A DNA stretch of 64,000 nt from Podarcis melisellensis (taxonomy: Eukaryota): NCBI GenBank assembly GCA_964234715.1, contig OZ174279.1; one strand, given 5' to 3'. The first letter of the stretch is position 1. Each line of letters begins with the position of its first letter. The notes below the pieces were generated by a model. That model did not search any database. It was not told the DNA's origin and saw nothing but the letters and a program-made list of their open reading frames with translations. Shown piece after piece: positions 63,013-64,000 of this stretch. The translations under genes were made by a program, and so were the position numbers.

Positions 63013-63346
63013 CTAGAGAGAGGGAGAGAGAATGAATCAGTAAAGTTGGGTAGCAAATCACTTTACACTGCAAATCTTCACAACTCTCTCTCTTTCTGCT
63101 CCCCTACACTGCATGCTCTACGAAGATGGCAGCTCCAATTGTCTACCTAAAATGAGCAGGCAACTAAAGCAAAAGCTCAAGATTATGTTTGTCATTTCTC
63201 CCTTGCCTCCTCATGGCTCACCTATAGCCTCAGTATATTAAACACTGAAAAGTTATTGGGGCAAACCTTGCTTTATCCCTTCACTTTTGTCCTTTAGAAA
63301 GCTTGGTTCTAGGGGAAACCAATCTGAACAAGCTGGAAAACAACTA

Positions 63347-63597
63347 CAGTCATATCTTGGCTTTCAAACGTCTTGTGAGTCGAACATTTTCGGCTCCCGA
63401 ATGTCGCAAACCCAGAAGTGACTGTTCTGGTTTGCAAACTATTTTTGGAACCCAAATGTCTGACGGGGCTTCCATGGCTTCTGATTGGCTGCAGGAGCTT
63501 CCTGCAGCCAATCAGAAGCCACACTTTGGTTTTCGAACGTTTTGGAAGTCAAACGAACTTCCGGAAGAGATTCCATTTGACTTCCAAGGTACGACTG
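63347..63597. mobile_element. Tc1/mariner (Tigger-like) MITE, 251 bp
   Basis: TA|CAGTCATATCTTGG ... CCAAGGTACGACTG|TA; internal perfect 21-bp inverted repeat. Confidence 0.9.
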
Positions 63598-64000
63598 TAC
63601 CAGATTCTCCATTTCCCTGCAGACATTTCCCTATTTCAGGCAATGAACAGACTGCCATCACTGCTCTGGGAATCTGGCCGAAGGGAAGGCCAAATATCTC
63701 TGTAAGTGATTATCTTCCCAAATTCAGTGCAAGTCCTCAACAGCTTCACAGGGGCAGGAGTTTAGGACAATGAATAGTCTTTACAACAGCTATATATACA
63801 AGATCCTTAACATACTTAGACTTAATAGCCAACCTATAGACAATAGCATTTGCCCTCTCCACATCAGCCACCACAATTCCATAAACATGAAGATTTGAAA
63901 GAGCTGTTTTGAATAATAATTAACTCAACAAGTGTGGAAGGAGGTGGCAGCCCTGAGGACAGCAAGGGGCTGGGGGATGGCAGCTGGAGTGTTTGAGAAC

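Noticed and set aside
63013-63056. N-terminal MLPNFTDSFSLPLS of the 1578-aa ORF as a real start
   Set aside because: Non-ATG start; the segment is the branch point and polypyrimidine tract of the splice acceptor

Overview
Vertebrate genomic DNA, almost certainly a squamate reptile (probably a lacertid lizard, judged from Sauria/Squam SINEs). The + strand carries exons 5-37 of SLIT1 (33 exons, 14474-45530). All have GT-AG junctions and sum to 4192 nt, i.e. 1 nt plus 1396 codons plus stop, with no frameshift. Exon numbers follow my recollection of human SLIT1; exons 1-4 are upstream, so bases 1-14473 are the end of intron 4. The - strand carries the 4.7-kb terminal exon of the LCOR PALI1/C10orf12 isoform (63012-58320), a PRC2/G9a accessory protein, with an inferred ~8-kb 3'UTR converging on the SLIT1 3'UTR. 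Introns contain SINEs, CR1/L2/L1 fragments, several hAT and Tigger-type MITEs with clean TIRs/TSDs, a solo LTR and a 133-N gap. I found no convincing wholly new multi-gene system. The best leads are: a hAT MITE built from telomere-like repeats and inserted into a TTAGGGAA target; an L1/Tx1 fragment inserted inside a DNA-transposon TIR; a 24-nt SLIT1 microexon with an unusual upstream donor and a solo LTR in the next intron; and an H3K9-mimic motif plus a Pro-rich expansion with a PEDLS (CtBP-type) motif in PALI1.
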